Source: Antedon mediterranea (lineage: Eukaryota > Animalia > Echinodermata). From it: DNA of 64,000 bases. Each line of letters starts with the position of its first letter. Within the stretch, counting starts at the first letter, position 1. The stretch is from the NCBI RefSeq assembly GCF_964355755.1, contig NC_092678.1, forward strand, positions 23,267,365 through 23,331,364. Direction: 5' to 3'. Shown one piece after another: positions 50,770 to 64,000 of this stretch. The notes under the pieces were generated by a model, which worked only from the letters and a program-made list of their open reading frames with translations, was not told the DNA's origin and searched no databases. The translations under genes and the position numbers were made by a program.

Positions 50770-50959
50770 CTGCAAGAAAAAATATATAAAATGCTTATTT
50801 AATTTGTTTATCAAATCAAACATACTAAAGGTAATTAAAACAAACAATTGAAACTATGATGAATCGGTTGTTAGTTTAATGTGGAAAAAATAATTGTTTT
50901 AATGGTAACGATAAAATTGAGTATAAATTTTAAAAGTAAGTAAGTCAAGTAAGATTAAA

Positions 50960-51093
50960 AACTCTACACTATCAAACTTTATGTGACAAAAAAATGTGAT
51001 GTGCCCATATAAGGACACGATGATGTCATACCACTACCATATTCGGGAATATTACTACCATATTTGGGCACAACACACTTTTTTTTCATAAAG
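50960..51093. mobile_element. Harbinger-like MITE copy (decayed end)
   Basis: Same family as 62694-62852. Confidence 0.75.
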
Positions 51094-51471
51094 TTGAAAT
51101 CTGATAAAAGATACTACAGTACTAATACAACGTCAATTGGAAAAAATGTAATAGGTTATTGCACATTAAGGTAGCGATGAATAATTGATCTGTATGATTA
51201 AACATTTTAATACTTCATGTCAAAAACATCAACCATTTCTAAAGTGTTTTGTGTTTAACATATGAAAAATACATAATACTCCACTGCCCTCTTGTGGCAT
51301 TTTTAATCCATATAATGTGATTTAAATCTAGAGGAATTAAAGTCCATTGCTACTGTGTGGCCGATATGAATCACACAATAATTGTTTAGTAACAAATTTT
51401 GTTTATTACCATTATGTAAAACTAAAAGATCAAAATAATTTTATTACAAAATATGGTGTTTTTTTGAACTG

Positions 51472-51788
51472 GTAAAATATTGCCTACATGCACAGCCCAG
51501 CAAATAGTAAAATATTGCCTGCATGCACAGCCCAGCAAATAGTAAAATATTGCCTGCATGCACAGCCCAGCAAATAGTAAAATATTGCCTGCATGCACAG
51601 CCCAGCAAATAGTAAAATATTGCCTGCATGCACAGCCCAGCAAATAGTAAAATATTGCCTGCATGCACAGCCCAGCAAATAGTAAAATATTGCCTGCATG
51701 CACAGCCCAGCAAATAGTAAAATATTGCCTGCATGCACAGCCCAGCAAATAGTAAATTATTGCCTGCATGCACAGCCCAGCAAATAGT
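51472..51788. repeat. 38-bp minisatellite x~8
   Basis: GTAAAATATTGCCTGCATGCACAGCCCAGCAAATA-type unit; explains the three overlapping minus-strand ORFs. Confidence 0.95.
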
Positions 51789-53779
51789 GTGTATTTGTTT
51801 AATATGTACAAGTACTGTATCAGCTTTATTTTTGATTACTGTACTTGTTGAGCGCCATTTTTTTTTTAAATGGTAAAATATTGTCTGCACAGCCTGGCGA
51901 AAAATGTGTATTTGTTCTTTATGTTTATTTTTTATTACTTATTGAGTGAAATTTTTTTATATTTTTATATGCGATATTTTATGTTGCAACTTCAATTTAT
52001 TTAAATATAATGAATTGTGCTAATAATAAAGTTCAAGTTCAAGAGTATAATTACAATTGTCATTTTACTCTTCCCTGGTTTTGTAATCAACTAAATATTA
52101 CTTGGCATCTTGCTATCAAGAAAATGGGTTGCTGCTGCACTATGAAGTGGCTGTGTTAAATAAATCTACATAACCAATATGGAAACATCATTTGACATTA
52201 AATGTACTGGTAGTGGAGCTTCTATCATCGTAAAGTGGTAGCCTATTTAATAATTGATAGGTACATAAAATAACGGCACGCAATGGAACTATGAAGGGAT
52301 TCCCGGTTGAATAAACAAATATTAATCAGAATAGTAAAGAAAGCATAAAATTACCCAGCTACATTACAGTGCAGTTTAATAATTGGCTGTGCCAAGATAG
52401 AATCTTTAACGTTAGATAAAATTGGATGACAAAAAACTGATAAAGTTGAATAAAACATGTATGAAATATATATTTGTGGACTGTACCATTTATGGAAAGG
52501 GGTGTTCAATGAATTTTCTAGTTTTTGAGTATATCTCACTCTTCGAGGAGAATAAGACATTTGTTGGTTTATCCAGGTAAGCTACGCATGAAATAGACAA
52601 CATAATTCTAGGTACATGAGCCTCAAAATCATGACTTGCCAAGTCAAAATATTTTTTTTTTTGCTTTTAAATAAAAACCAATTTGTTCAAAATCATCAAT
52701 ATAATAATAGATACTGTAGAAGAAAAAAACCAATTTGCAAATGATTAATGTACCACAACATTAATGTACCACAACATCCAGACACCGAAATTGGAATAAT
52801 TCAATAATGGAAAATAAAATTAAAGTAGGCAAATTAATGTTTATGATAAGCGAAAATCAATCCAATAAATTATTTTCAGATCAGTCGTTATCGTTTTAGC
52901 ATAATGCGGACATGTACTGTAGCATACAGTAATCATTATTTTTAAATAATAGTCAATATCAATAGGCGTGTTTTACAATACGCATGTTTAGCCAGTAAAT
53001 TGATGGCCAATTACCCATGCAGAAAACTGAAAAATTATTCCTACTTTTTTCAATTATGAATCGTTTAAATGTCAGTGAACAAAATGATACAAGATAATAT
53101 GCACAGTGTATAGTAGTACAGTGTCTTTCATAACTCATCGCATTTATATCATTTTTTTTTTTTACACAAATAACAATGGGTACATCGTTTAAAGTTTTTT
53201 TTTCAACAATACAATGTGAATGTACGTAAAAAAAAAAAATGTACGTAATGTATTATTTTATGATGTTTACATCTCAGGTAGAATACAAATAATTATTTAA
53301 ATTATGCAATAGTATTCTGACAAAGTGACATTGTCATTACTGAAAACGAAACTAAACGTTACAACATTTGTATATGTTTTATGACATTGACAGTGTATAT
53401 TTATACTTATAACTTAATAGTTTTAGTTTGTTTACATACAGAGACTTTAATATTATACTATTGTACAATATTCCCACGATGTCTCATTAAATAACAGTTC
53501 CCACTGGCAACGTTGACCTTTATGACCCCTACTAACACTACTACTACTAACACTAGTGATGATGTTACAATCATTTGCCCTGGGCCTATGGAACTAGTAA
53601 AGTTATATGTTGGTACTGTAGCATAATCACTAGTTTATAGCATTGAAATTACCTCAAGCACTTTGAACTTAAAGTTCATAGTTCTTATTTAAAAGTTTCA
53701 ATTTTGTTTTTACACATTCTGAGCCAACAAGGTATTTATAAATATAATGAAATAAAGGAATATCCATGTAATATACTGG

Positions 53780-53872
53780 TTATATTTATGCGACTAGAGG
53801 GCTGATATACAGTACTACTATTATTATATTTATGCGACTAGAGGGCTGATATACAGTACTACTATTATTATA
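53780..53872. repeat. ~45-bp tandem duplication
   Basis: TATATTTATGCGACTAGAGGGCTGATATACAGTACTACTATTAT occurs twice. Confidence 0.85.
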
Positions 53873-56396
53873 TAATTAATCGTAACAGGTTTCTTGAATT
53901 TTTAATTATGTATCTATTGTACCAGCGATTGCCATTCCTATTGCATATAATGTAACAAAGAATGAAAATATCAATATTGGAACCAGAATGGTTTACGTTT
54001 TGGTCCCTGATAATTTGGTGTTGAAATTGGTAAATAATTATCTATCATGATATGGCAGATGGTCCCATACTCTTCTAGGAGTTTGTTATCGAATACACAT
54101 TTATAAGGGCAAAACAACAGGTCATTGATAGAGTAATGGCATTTAAAAAATCAGCATTTTCTTTTTGGTTATGTGATTCGTAAATGCTAAAATTGTAACT
54201 TTTTTTTTAAATCAACATTTGGCTTTACATCTTGGCAAAATAACCATATGAATGAAAAGACTTGCTATATTATGTAAGTCTATGTTTTACTGCGAAGGAA
54301 AAAACACAGCAATGCATATTAAGTCCTCTTGCAATCAACTTAACAGATTTCTGTTGCAGCATTGTACATTTTCCCAGGCACCATAAATTCTTATGAATTT
54401 GTGCAAACACTGTAACTACATTTTCTGATATATTAATATTTATACTTTAAAAAATGTCAATCAATATGTCAATATAAAATCCAAATTTTGATTGCATGGT
54501 AGGGCAAATTATTCACAGATAATGATGTATAATAAATGAGTATATAAAGTGTATATAAAGTGAATTTAAAGTGTAATGAGGCTTGTAGGATTTACCAATA
54601 TCTACAATAGTACAATATAGTAGTATTTTCCTTTTTATAATTATACTGTAGTTTTTCTGAATAAATTAACATTGATAAAAAATATAAATAAAAATAATAA
54701 AGCTCATATTTACATAATTGTTCCATATTTTAATAAAATTAAAATCATAAATAATTAACTTTTTTTTTGCATCAAAGAGATTTTAATAGTGCTCACTTTA
54801 ATTAATATCTCTATGGTTGCATTCACTATACTATACTGATATCTAAAAGTATGTAGATAAAATATTTTAAAAAAACTATAAAACTCATGGTTTCAATTCT
54901 GGTACTTTTTGAAGACTTGATTGAACCAAGTCTTCTAGAATTGGTAGGAAAACCAAACTACAGTGTCACAACTGTGATATCACTAATAGTAATACTGTAC
55001 TCCTAATCAGGAATTTTCATGTCAAGAGATTTTGACAGTTGTAATTTGTACAAGATTATTATGATTAGCGTGTGTCAACTGTTGTAGCATAGGCATTACC
55101 TAGATTATGATGATTACCGTGTGTTTACAGCGACTGAGAGACTTTCCTCGCAGTCTCCGCCACACCTTGCGGAGTGCAATTAAACAGATTCGTGTTATCT
55201 TATCAATAAATACCCACAAACAACAAGACCATCTCAATTCTGATAATAAAAAACCTTTTAAAGCTGTTATGATTATCTCTGGCTACTCTTTAGCGAACAC
55301 AGCCTCACTAATTATATTCTAAAAGCATCGATTTTTACAAATTACTTTGATGTAAAAGGGTTTTATAATTACTTTGTTGTTAAATAAAGATCAATGTTGA
55401 TTCTTTTAACAGATGAACTTAAACATAGTCAACAAATCAATTAAAAAAATAATGAAAAATGTCAAATGTGACATTCAGTAGATTAATATGGAAAAACATG
55501 AGACAATTAAAAACCTGGAGCGGATTGAATAACATGGACAGGATTGAAAAATCTAGAGAAGATTGAAATAAAATCAAACAAGATTGGGAAAATGAACACG
55601 ATAAAAAAAAAATGAACAAGATTTTTAAAAAATGAACAAGATTGAAAAAAAAATTGAAAAAAATGAACAAGACTAAAAAAAAATGATTGAGATTGAGAAA
55701 CATGGACAGGATTGAAAAAAAATGAGTCTTTGGTTTAAATTAAAACACTGAAAATGAAAACTGGAAACGTAGTAATCATCTCTAGTGTCATGCAGGAATA
55801 AATTATCGTGATTACTGTGATACGAGCGATAAAAATTATGGCAAGATAAAGGACGTGCTGATTACGAGTCTTACGGACATGCTTTAGCAAGGAGCGTCTA
55901 TTAAGATGATGTACTTTGTGTTTTGTGAAAAATGAATGAGACGCTTTATTCATCATGACTCAAGCATAAACATTTCATGTTGCCAATCAACAAACATAAA
56001 TCATTTACATTACCTCATTTGTAAAAAGGTCTGACCAGCGCAAATTAGAAAGTCTGTATTTTCGATTCTATTCAGCAAAAGATGCTTTTAAGAATCATAT
56101 TTTGACAGAATTTTTGGAAATGGTCCCCCTCCCAAAAAAAAAATCCTTATCTCAAATATGGTTTTAAAAACTCCTATTGGTTCTGGTCTTGATCGTCAAA
56201 ACAAGATTTAAAAACGATTTCCATAGAGCATTGTTTATGTCACTAGGTGATGTAGCTACGAGAAATAAATAATGTGGTGCAGTTTTTTCAAGAAAAGGGA
56301 ACAATCTCTGTACACTACTGTACGTTTGTCAATCAAAGGCCTCTGTAAAAAAGTACTGGTGGCTACAGCCCTGTCTCACATTTATGGTGCGTCAGT

Positions 56397-56452
56397 ATGG
56401 ATGACCTGGGTGGATGACCTGGGTGGATGACCTGGGTGGATGACCTGAGTGG
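56397..56452. repeat. 13-bp repeat (TGGATGACCTGGG) x4
   Basis: Seen directly. Confidence 0.85.
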
Positions 56453-57231
56453 AGTAGATTGGTCTAATATCATGTTAATACCTTCTACCTTGCATACCTT
56501 AATACCTAGCACACAACTGAAGCCACTTTACAACTCTTTAAAGACCTTCAAACGCACCCTCAACGTTTTGTCAATAATCTAAACATCAATAATAAAGGTA
56601 CAGAACATGTATACATTTCGGACTAAAAAATCCCTTCATTGAATTTATTTTATACATACTAGTATAAAATAAAACCTAACCACACATAAAATATGTTATA
56701 CTGGTATCCATAAATAAAAATTATTATAATAAATAATGAGTCGGAGTAACCACTATCAGAGAACCCAGCAACCTATAAATTACAATCACCGACATTTAAA
56801 AAATAAAGCGGACACAAACCCATTACTTACGAGAATATTACAGAAGAGTATATGTACTGTATGAAAGGAAAACGTGTCGGGTGAATGATCTGCAACATCA
56901 GAAAATAAATTATTAAAGTTCATTAGAAGATGCTAATACAATTGGAGCTCAACTTTGAATCTTGGCAACATTCACAAATTGGCTGCGAAAAAGATCAGGA
57001 ACGTTATCAAGAAAAATAAAACACTTGTGATCTTGTAGTAATCTAAAAATAGATTGTCGATAATTTTGGGAAATTACCCAAATAATAAAAGTATACGTTC
57101 AACAAAGCTGGTTATTGTGTATCTTATGAATACCCATTTTATTTTAAACAGTTAGTTGGCCTACTGTATATTTTTAGTTCAAACAACTGAATGCATTACA
57201 GCATTCATCATTTTTTCAACAAATTATATTA

Positions 57232-57352
57232 AGCTTTTTCTACACTATCAAACTAGTTTGACCAAAAAAGTGTGATGTGCCCAAATATGGTAGTGATATG
57301 ACATCATCATGTCCATATCAGTATGGGCACATCACATTTGTGTAGATAGAGC
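57232..57352. mobile_element. Harbinger-like MITE copy (internally deleted)
   Basis: Same family as 62694-62852. Confidence 0.75.
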
Positions 57353-58007
57353 TTTAGTATGTGCTTGTGGTTAAAAGAACATCATCAAGAAGTAGACATG
57401 TTGAAGTAATTCATTCATGTTTTTTTTTTCTATGCAGAAACAGACGCCTTTCTGTTTTATCTAAAAATAAGAATATTAATCATGTTGGAATATTATCCAA
57501 AGAGCAAAAGCTCAATGAAGACTCTATTTCTTTTCGTTTTTATTTATTTTAAAGCCCTTAATATGATGCTTGATAGTATCTCAAGAGAGCTTTAAGTTTG
57601 TGGATTTTACTACTACTTGTAAGGAACAAAGAAGGGTCTTTCTGTGGAATTTAAATTTACACCATTTATCTACAGTACTAAAACAAATTTATGGTTAAAG
57701 TGGTTTGCTGGGTCCTGTTTAGTCATCAAGATCAAATTTAATTTTAAATTTAATGTTCTCGCAGACAATTTACTAAACTTACAAACAAAATAAAAACAAA
57801 GAAATGTTGTCTTTTTTAGTAAAGCTATTATGTCTATAGAAACTAAACCTAACCTGTTTACAGAAACAGAGAGTAAATATAACATACTACATCATACAAA
57901 AGTTAAAAGAAAAATAATTTGGAGCATTTTTATTGGTCAGATTAAATGACTCAAACGTGTGGTTACAACATATACAATCAGTTTTAAATTTGTATGTAAG
58001 TTTTCCC

Positions 58008-58543
58008 TACTAAGTAAATACTGATTTTTTTTAAATATCAGCAAGTATATTACTTGGTCCAAAATATCAATACTTTTTTTTGTGGTCTCGAAGGTGTCTT
58101 TCAATGTGAGTTGTAGAATATTTCAATGTTTAGCACTGTTATGTACAATACATTATCACAAAGTGCGAAACGTAATCACTATGTGTATTTACTAATATCT
58201 TTACAACTGATGGTACACTGTTATAAATGTGTATGTGTTATGATTCAAATTTAAACCAACACTATATCTTATTGATACTAAGTAAATACTGATTTTTTTT
58301 AAATATCAGCAAGTATATTACTTGGTCCAAAATATCAATACTTTTTTTTGTTGTCTCGAAGGTGTCTTTCAATGTGAGTTGTAGAATATTTCAATGTTTA
58401 GCACTGTTATGTACAATACATTATCACAAAGTGCGAAACGTAATCACTATGTGTATTTACTAATATCTTTACAACTGATGGTACACTGTTATAAATGTGT
58501 ATGTGTTATGATTCAAATTTAAACCAACACTATATCTTATTGA
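58008..58543. repeat. 268-bp near-identical tandem duplication
   Basis: 58008-58275 vs 58276-58543. Confidence 0.93.
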
Positions 58544-60685
58544 TTCAACTGACGTTAACACTCAAAGTCCATCAACGGGACATTATAAATAGACATGTTT
58601 GCACCCACAACAAAAGATGAAAACAAAGTATGATAAGATAAAGGAAGACAAAAGGCAATTCCAAGTAGGTGGTGTTAGTATCCACTCATTGTCAGTACAG
58701 TTTTACTAGTATAATGTATGTCTGTGTTTATTCTATGTCATGTCTAGATGTTATTTCACAACATGGAAACAGACACAGCTATGAACATTTTCTGTGTACG
58801 TTTTTTTTATTCAAAAAGTCTGTAAATTGTTTTTACAGTTAGCATTTTTCAAACACTGTAGTTTAATAAACAAAGAAGAATAACAACATTTTGTATTTCT
58901 ATCTTTAGCTTTAAAGTAATAAAAATAAAAAGAACAGTAGTTTTGGTGGTAGTCTTCTTGGATAAAGAATTGCAATTATTGGTTTAGTGTACATATTTAC
59001 TGTATCTTATGTACTGTACACAGTGCATCTTTTGGTAGCAGGGGGTTACTCTGGTGCAACTTCCTCAATTTAGCATTGCATACAGTATTTATATTGTTAA
59101 GAATATACAGTACTTGAAATTTAAAATTAAAACTAGAAAGACTAAAAAGGTACAGTACATAAAAATAAATTAAAAATAACATTAACAGCAATTCACCATT
59201 AACTTTTCACATGCAGAATATTTCAACACGCCTCATACTTATGTTTCAGTAAATATTTAACGTCATGTGTTTAAACCAAGCTGAATGTTTAATGTATTGT
59301 TGTGAATGTTAGCAATGGTGCAGTGATCTCAGCTTAGAGCTTACTTTCTACATAGAAACAAAAACCAGTGAACCAACCAGTGCAATTAAGACTATACACT
59401 GAATTATTAATATAGTCGGTTATTTATATCGTCACTACGGTTGAGTCGTTGTCACGGTTGAGTCGTTGTCGCATTGTTAATCATGCAGTAACTGTATTAA
59501 AGGACTAATAAGAAATACAATGAACTAATGTAATTAAATTATTCATATGCTACCAGTATGTTATTTACATCAACATGAATGAGCGAATGAACTTTGATCG
59601 AAATAACTTTTAACAAATGTTATACTTTAAAATATTATACTAAATAATCTTTACTAAAAGAACATATAAGGGTAAGATAAGAACTGCTGATACTAGAAAT
59701 TGAGTATGATCTATAGTAACTGCAGTAATTCTAGGCATAACTGCATTAATTCCAGATGTAATGAGCATTCAGAGTACTGTAACACCTTCTGAAAGACAGA
59801 ACCAACCCGAGTACCAAACTGGTATAATGACAATTATAATGACAATTTCCTATAATATAAATTTGTACAAAAATGCAACCATCAAAAGTAAATATTTTTT
59901 CAACCATCAAACAAAATGGGAAATTCCTGAAATATATTGCATGAAAATGAAATTCTATTACTCCATAAAATGTGTTTGTTGACAAATAAGATGAACTATG
60001 TACAGTAATATATAATATGAAAAGAAAACATATATAAATCAAAGCCAAATGAACTTAAGTACACAATCTGGAATTATTAATATCGTTACAAAGAAAGCCT
60101 AATTGATATTGAACCAGTGAACTTATAGTTGCTAAATATCATGTCTGGAGGGGTGTTATGAAATCAAGTAATTCTTTATTACGGTATAAATATCGTCGGC
60201 CAATGGGCAAACCTTAATCAATAAATAAAAACAAAACAAACCCTTTGGGAGTTCACTTCTAAGATTTGCTTGGGTCCGGTTTATTCAGGCCTCAATTAAC
60301 CATCCAGGCTTATCTAATAATTTATTAATTAATCGTGTAATGATCAGTCACTGGCTCCAGTGTTTGTTCGTTGAAAGAGAGAGAGAGTTAAAACGAACAA
60401 AGCGAGCACAAAGAACAGAGTTCAGGTTGATTAACCTTTTGAAAGCGATCTCTTAGCAGGCGTAATTATTCCAAGTGCCAAGAACCGTCTAGTAGTAAGG
60501 GATTTCACTTGAAAAAATTAATTAAAGACTAAATGTTGTTTGCAGGTTACATGAAATGAATATTGTCAAGTAGGCCTACTATAAATATTAATGATAGCAT
60601 ACATAATTTTTGTGTACAATGTAGTGTACATAACCAGGGACCAACAGCTTTACGTCCCATCTGAAGGATAAGATAACGAGAGTAA

Positions 60686-60842
60686 AGCTCTGTCTACACT
60701 ATCAAACTAGTTTGACGAAAAAAGTGTGATATGCCCAAATGTGGTAGTGATATGATTTAATATGGTAGTGATATGACATCATCGTGTCCATGTATAGGCA
60801 CATCACATTTTTTGTCACATAAAGTTTGAAATTGTCAGAGCT
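60686..60842. mobile_element. Harbinger-like MITE copy
   Basis: Same family as 62694-62852. Confidence 0.85.
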
Positions 60843-61620
60843 TTAAAGATGCAAGCAATTTGACTCAAACCTATGCCTGTCACATGTTAGTCCAATATCA
60901 TCGCACCGTATTGCATTCTACAGGAAAAGTATGTTCTGTATCTGTACAGTAATAGTTGAGTTTGTCCAAATAAATATTTATAGATTTCCTTTACATCTCT
61001 GAATTCAAATAACATTCTTTAAATTACAAAATCAAATTATCAAACTTCTTGGTGACATTCTCCATGATCACTTACGACATATCATTAATTTAAATTCAAA
61101 ATCTCCGTTATTTGCTAGTTACGACCTTTATATGACCTTTCTGTTACCTTCACATTCAAAACACACACATTTATTAATGGTTTAATGTAACGATTTATAT
61201 ACAGATGTTCACATTCAACATCTAAAAACACAAAGCTGTTTTGATAATAAAATGTGGATTTTTTATTTTATATTTTATACATAATTACTGTAGCATTTAC
61301 ATACCCTACCCTTTTATGTACAACATAAATTATTACAGTATTGACAATTATTTTATGAGTTCAATTTTTGTCATCTGAAGAAAGAGAACTGTGTAAATTA
61401 GTTATAACACAAGACTGACTCCAAATATAGACCACTTTTAATACTCATACTTTGATCCACATATATAAACCGGAAACAATTAAATATTAAATCATTTCTA
61501 TCATATACAGCATGTGATTAAGAGATTTGTGATAAGCCGTACAGATACAAATAGAATTAATGTGGACATAAATTATTATGCCATAAATAATATCAACGTT
61601 ACTATTTTAATTTTTAATCA

Positions 61621-61802
61621 AGCTCTGTTACGCTATGTGTCATGTGCCCAAATATGGTAGTGATGTGCCCAAATATGGTAGTGATATGCCCAAATATGGT
61701 AGTGATATGCCCAAATATGGTAGTGATATGATATCATCATGTCCATTGGGCATATCACATTTGTTTGTAACATACATAAAGTTTGATAGTGTAGACAGAG
61801 CT
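61621..61802. mobile_element. Harbinger-like MITE copy with 4 internal 21-bp units
   Basis: TGCCCAAATATGGTAGTGATA x4. Confidence 0.8.
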
Positions 61803-62693
61803 TAAGAATTTAAATAATATTTGAAACAATTGTCTTTTTATATTCAGCATTGTTAATGTTATGGTTGTTGTGCTTTTGGTTTTAAAAATTGGGTTTAGTG
61901 TGAACAAACAAGAACATTCAAAATAGGAGTGGGATGAGGAAATGGGAATGCTGCCCAAAAGATGAATGTGCTTATTATTCATTCTTATTAGTCTTTCTAA
62001 ACAAAAATCCCTCAAAACAAAGATCCTTTGTATGCATAAAATGAACACATTAAACATTGGCAGATCTCTGGTCAGTGGTAGACCTGTAAAAAAAAGTAAG
62101 AAGAATACTCTCTTTGACGATTACTTCTTGTCTAGTGATGTGTAACACCACTGCAAAAAATATTCTGGATCTGGTCTGCTAGGTAAAGTAAAGGTAGAGA
62201 AGGAAATGTAGAGAAGAAAATTCCAAAAAAAACAAAACCCTCTTTCCAAAAATAACTATTTTTCTTAAGCTGCCCATGCCCAGCATTTTTTAATTTCTTT
62301 TTCTTTTATATATTTATATTATATTGATTTTATGCTGGTCGAATAAATAAATGAAAGGAACATATATTTTATCCAACTCCCAATTATTATAGGGTAACAG
62401 AACATAGAATGTATTTATCATTCTGTTGCTATATTTTTGTAGGTGTTTTCAATTTTAAATAAAGCAATATAAATGTTCACACAGATATTTAAAAACACCT
62501 ACAATCGTTTAGATTAATGACATAAGAGACGTCATCTGGGTAGTAAGGTGATATACAGATGGTTGTAATTCTACAACGGAACGAATATATTTGTCTACAC
62601 ATCAATTCAGGATTAACTTTGAACATAATTGATTATGAAAATGAATTACAGTGATAGTGTGATGAAACAAGAACATGTACTAGAGTAGTGTAA

Positions 62694-62852
62694 AGCTCTG
62701 TCTACACTATCAAACTTTATGTGAAAAAAAATGTGATGTGCTAATATATGGACATATGATGTCATACCACTACCGTATTTGGGCATACCAGTACCATATT
62801 TGGGCACATCACACTTTTTTTGTCAAACTAGTTTGATAGTGTAGACAGAGCT
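62694..62852. mobile_element. Best-preserved copy of the ~160-bp PIF/Harbinger-like (Tourist-type) MITE
   Basis: TIR AGCTCTGTCTACACTATCAAACT / AGTTTGATAGTGTAGACAGAGCT flanked by a TAA...TAA 3-bp TSD. Confidence 0.9.
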
Positions 62853-64000
62853 TAAATAAAACAAAAGCTACAGTACTCTAAAATGACATTAATAATCACT
62901 ATTATACCCTTAATGCAGAGATGGGTGTCAAAAATACAAAAAATATTCAGGTACCAGCCGGTTTCTTGGGTTGAAGGTAAGCTGGATGGAATATCTTAAA
63001 CAAGCTTTACTGTAGGGTGAGGTAGCAGGCTTTGTAGTGGGTGTCGCTGCCCACCAGCAAAATTTGATCCACATATTAAAAAGAATAATACGTCATTGTT
63101 TATTTATGAAATGTGTGAAAATAGAGCAGGCATACTGTAGATGTGATGCTGTATTAATGGAGGTAGATGTTGATTGAGAACCTTTTAACAATCTTATACC
63201 ATCAATATCATACTGACCTTATTGTGACCTGTGTTGGTATTTTGATGTTAGGAAAGAATTAATTAAAGATTGAATTACGATGGTGGATGACTGGGGAAGG
63301 ATATTAGATGAGATGGTGTTAGATAAGTGATAGGTTGATTTCAAAACACTGTTGGTAAAACATGATTATCCTGTAAACACTCCTATTAACTATACTATTA
63401 TTACTATGCATTTTGTATCATATTGCTTTCAATGTATAGTAAGCATGTTAAATCAAATGCAAATTACATGGAAGAATATTGCTAAGGTTGGCAGTACTTT
63501 GATATTCCTCACTTGCCAAGGGGGCTAGCCCATTGGACTAGAAGGATGTTTATATTATACTAGCCTACATTTTGAAATACAGTACTAGAGTACTTAAATA
63601 AAAGATTTTCACTTAAATAAATAAAAATGTATGTTATTTACCGACAGAATTGGAAGAATTATTCTATTTTTCAAAATTAATTGTTTCTTTAGGTAAATAA
63701 AAATTAAATTATGCATCTTCAAAAAATAACAACCAAAATTGATATTAATAGAGAAAATCATTTTTAAGATTAGAGGCTAATCCAGAATACAAGTCACTGA
63801 TTGGCTCACATGGGATTTAATATCCAAAATGAAAACATTATCATTTCTCACAGAAAATATTACCATACTTAAAATTAAATAAAAAATCACTCTTAATAAA
63901 CAAATTGATATTAATTATAATTAAATAATTGTACTTACAGATAATATAAATCAAGTGGGTAAAACTTAAATGTTTATTAATATAAATCCACAAAATCTCG

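Noticed and set aside
51422-51890. Three overlapping Cys-rich ORFs
   Set aside because: They are translations of the 38-bp minisatellite.
63200-63360. Possible decayed L2 reverse-transcriptase fragment (- strand)
   Set aside because: The resemblance is too degenerate to support without a profile search.

Overview
AT-rich eukaryotic (animal, probably invertebrate deuterostome; inference) genomic DNA with spliced genes. The supplied ORF track is mostly noise or partial exons. I reconstructed three genes by hand from GT-AG boundaries and phase continuity. (1) A complete L1CAM/neuroglian/NrCAM-family cell-adhesion gene on the minus strand (ATG 41403, stop 12290). It has a signal peptide, 6 Ig, 5 FnIII, a TM helix, an ankyrin-binding FIGQY motif and a C-terminal SLV. 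Its 22 core coding exons give 1231 aa. Four frame-preserving phase 1-1 mini/micro-exons (36, 33, 45, 18 nt) lie between FnIII-5 and the TM helix and encode a Pro/Ser/Thr-rich stalk. (2) A complete 4-exon CFAP276/C1orf194 ciliary gene (+, 4961-6581, 171 aa). (3) The first two coding exons of an ELAPOR/KIAA1324-family gene (-), head-to-head with CFAP276. Their ATGs are 383 bp apart and the spacer holds an RFX X-box and a forkhead site. The rest is intron/intergenic DNA with about 17 copies of one Harbinger-like MITE, other MITEs, 5'-truncated CR1/L2 LINE tails and many minisatellites. No RNA genes or CRISPR arrays were found.
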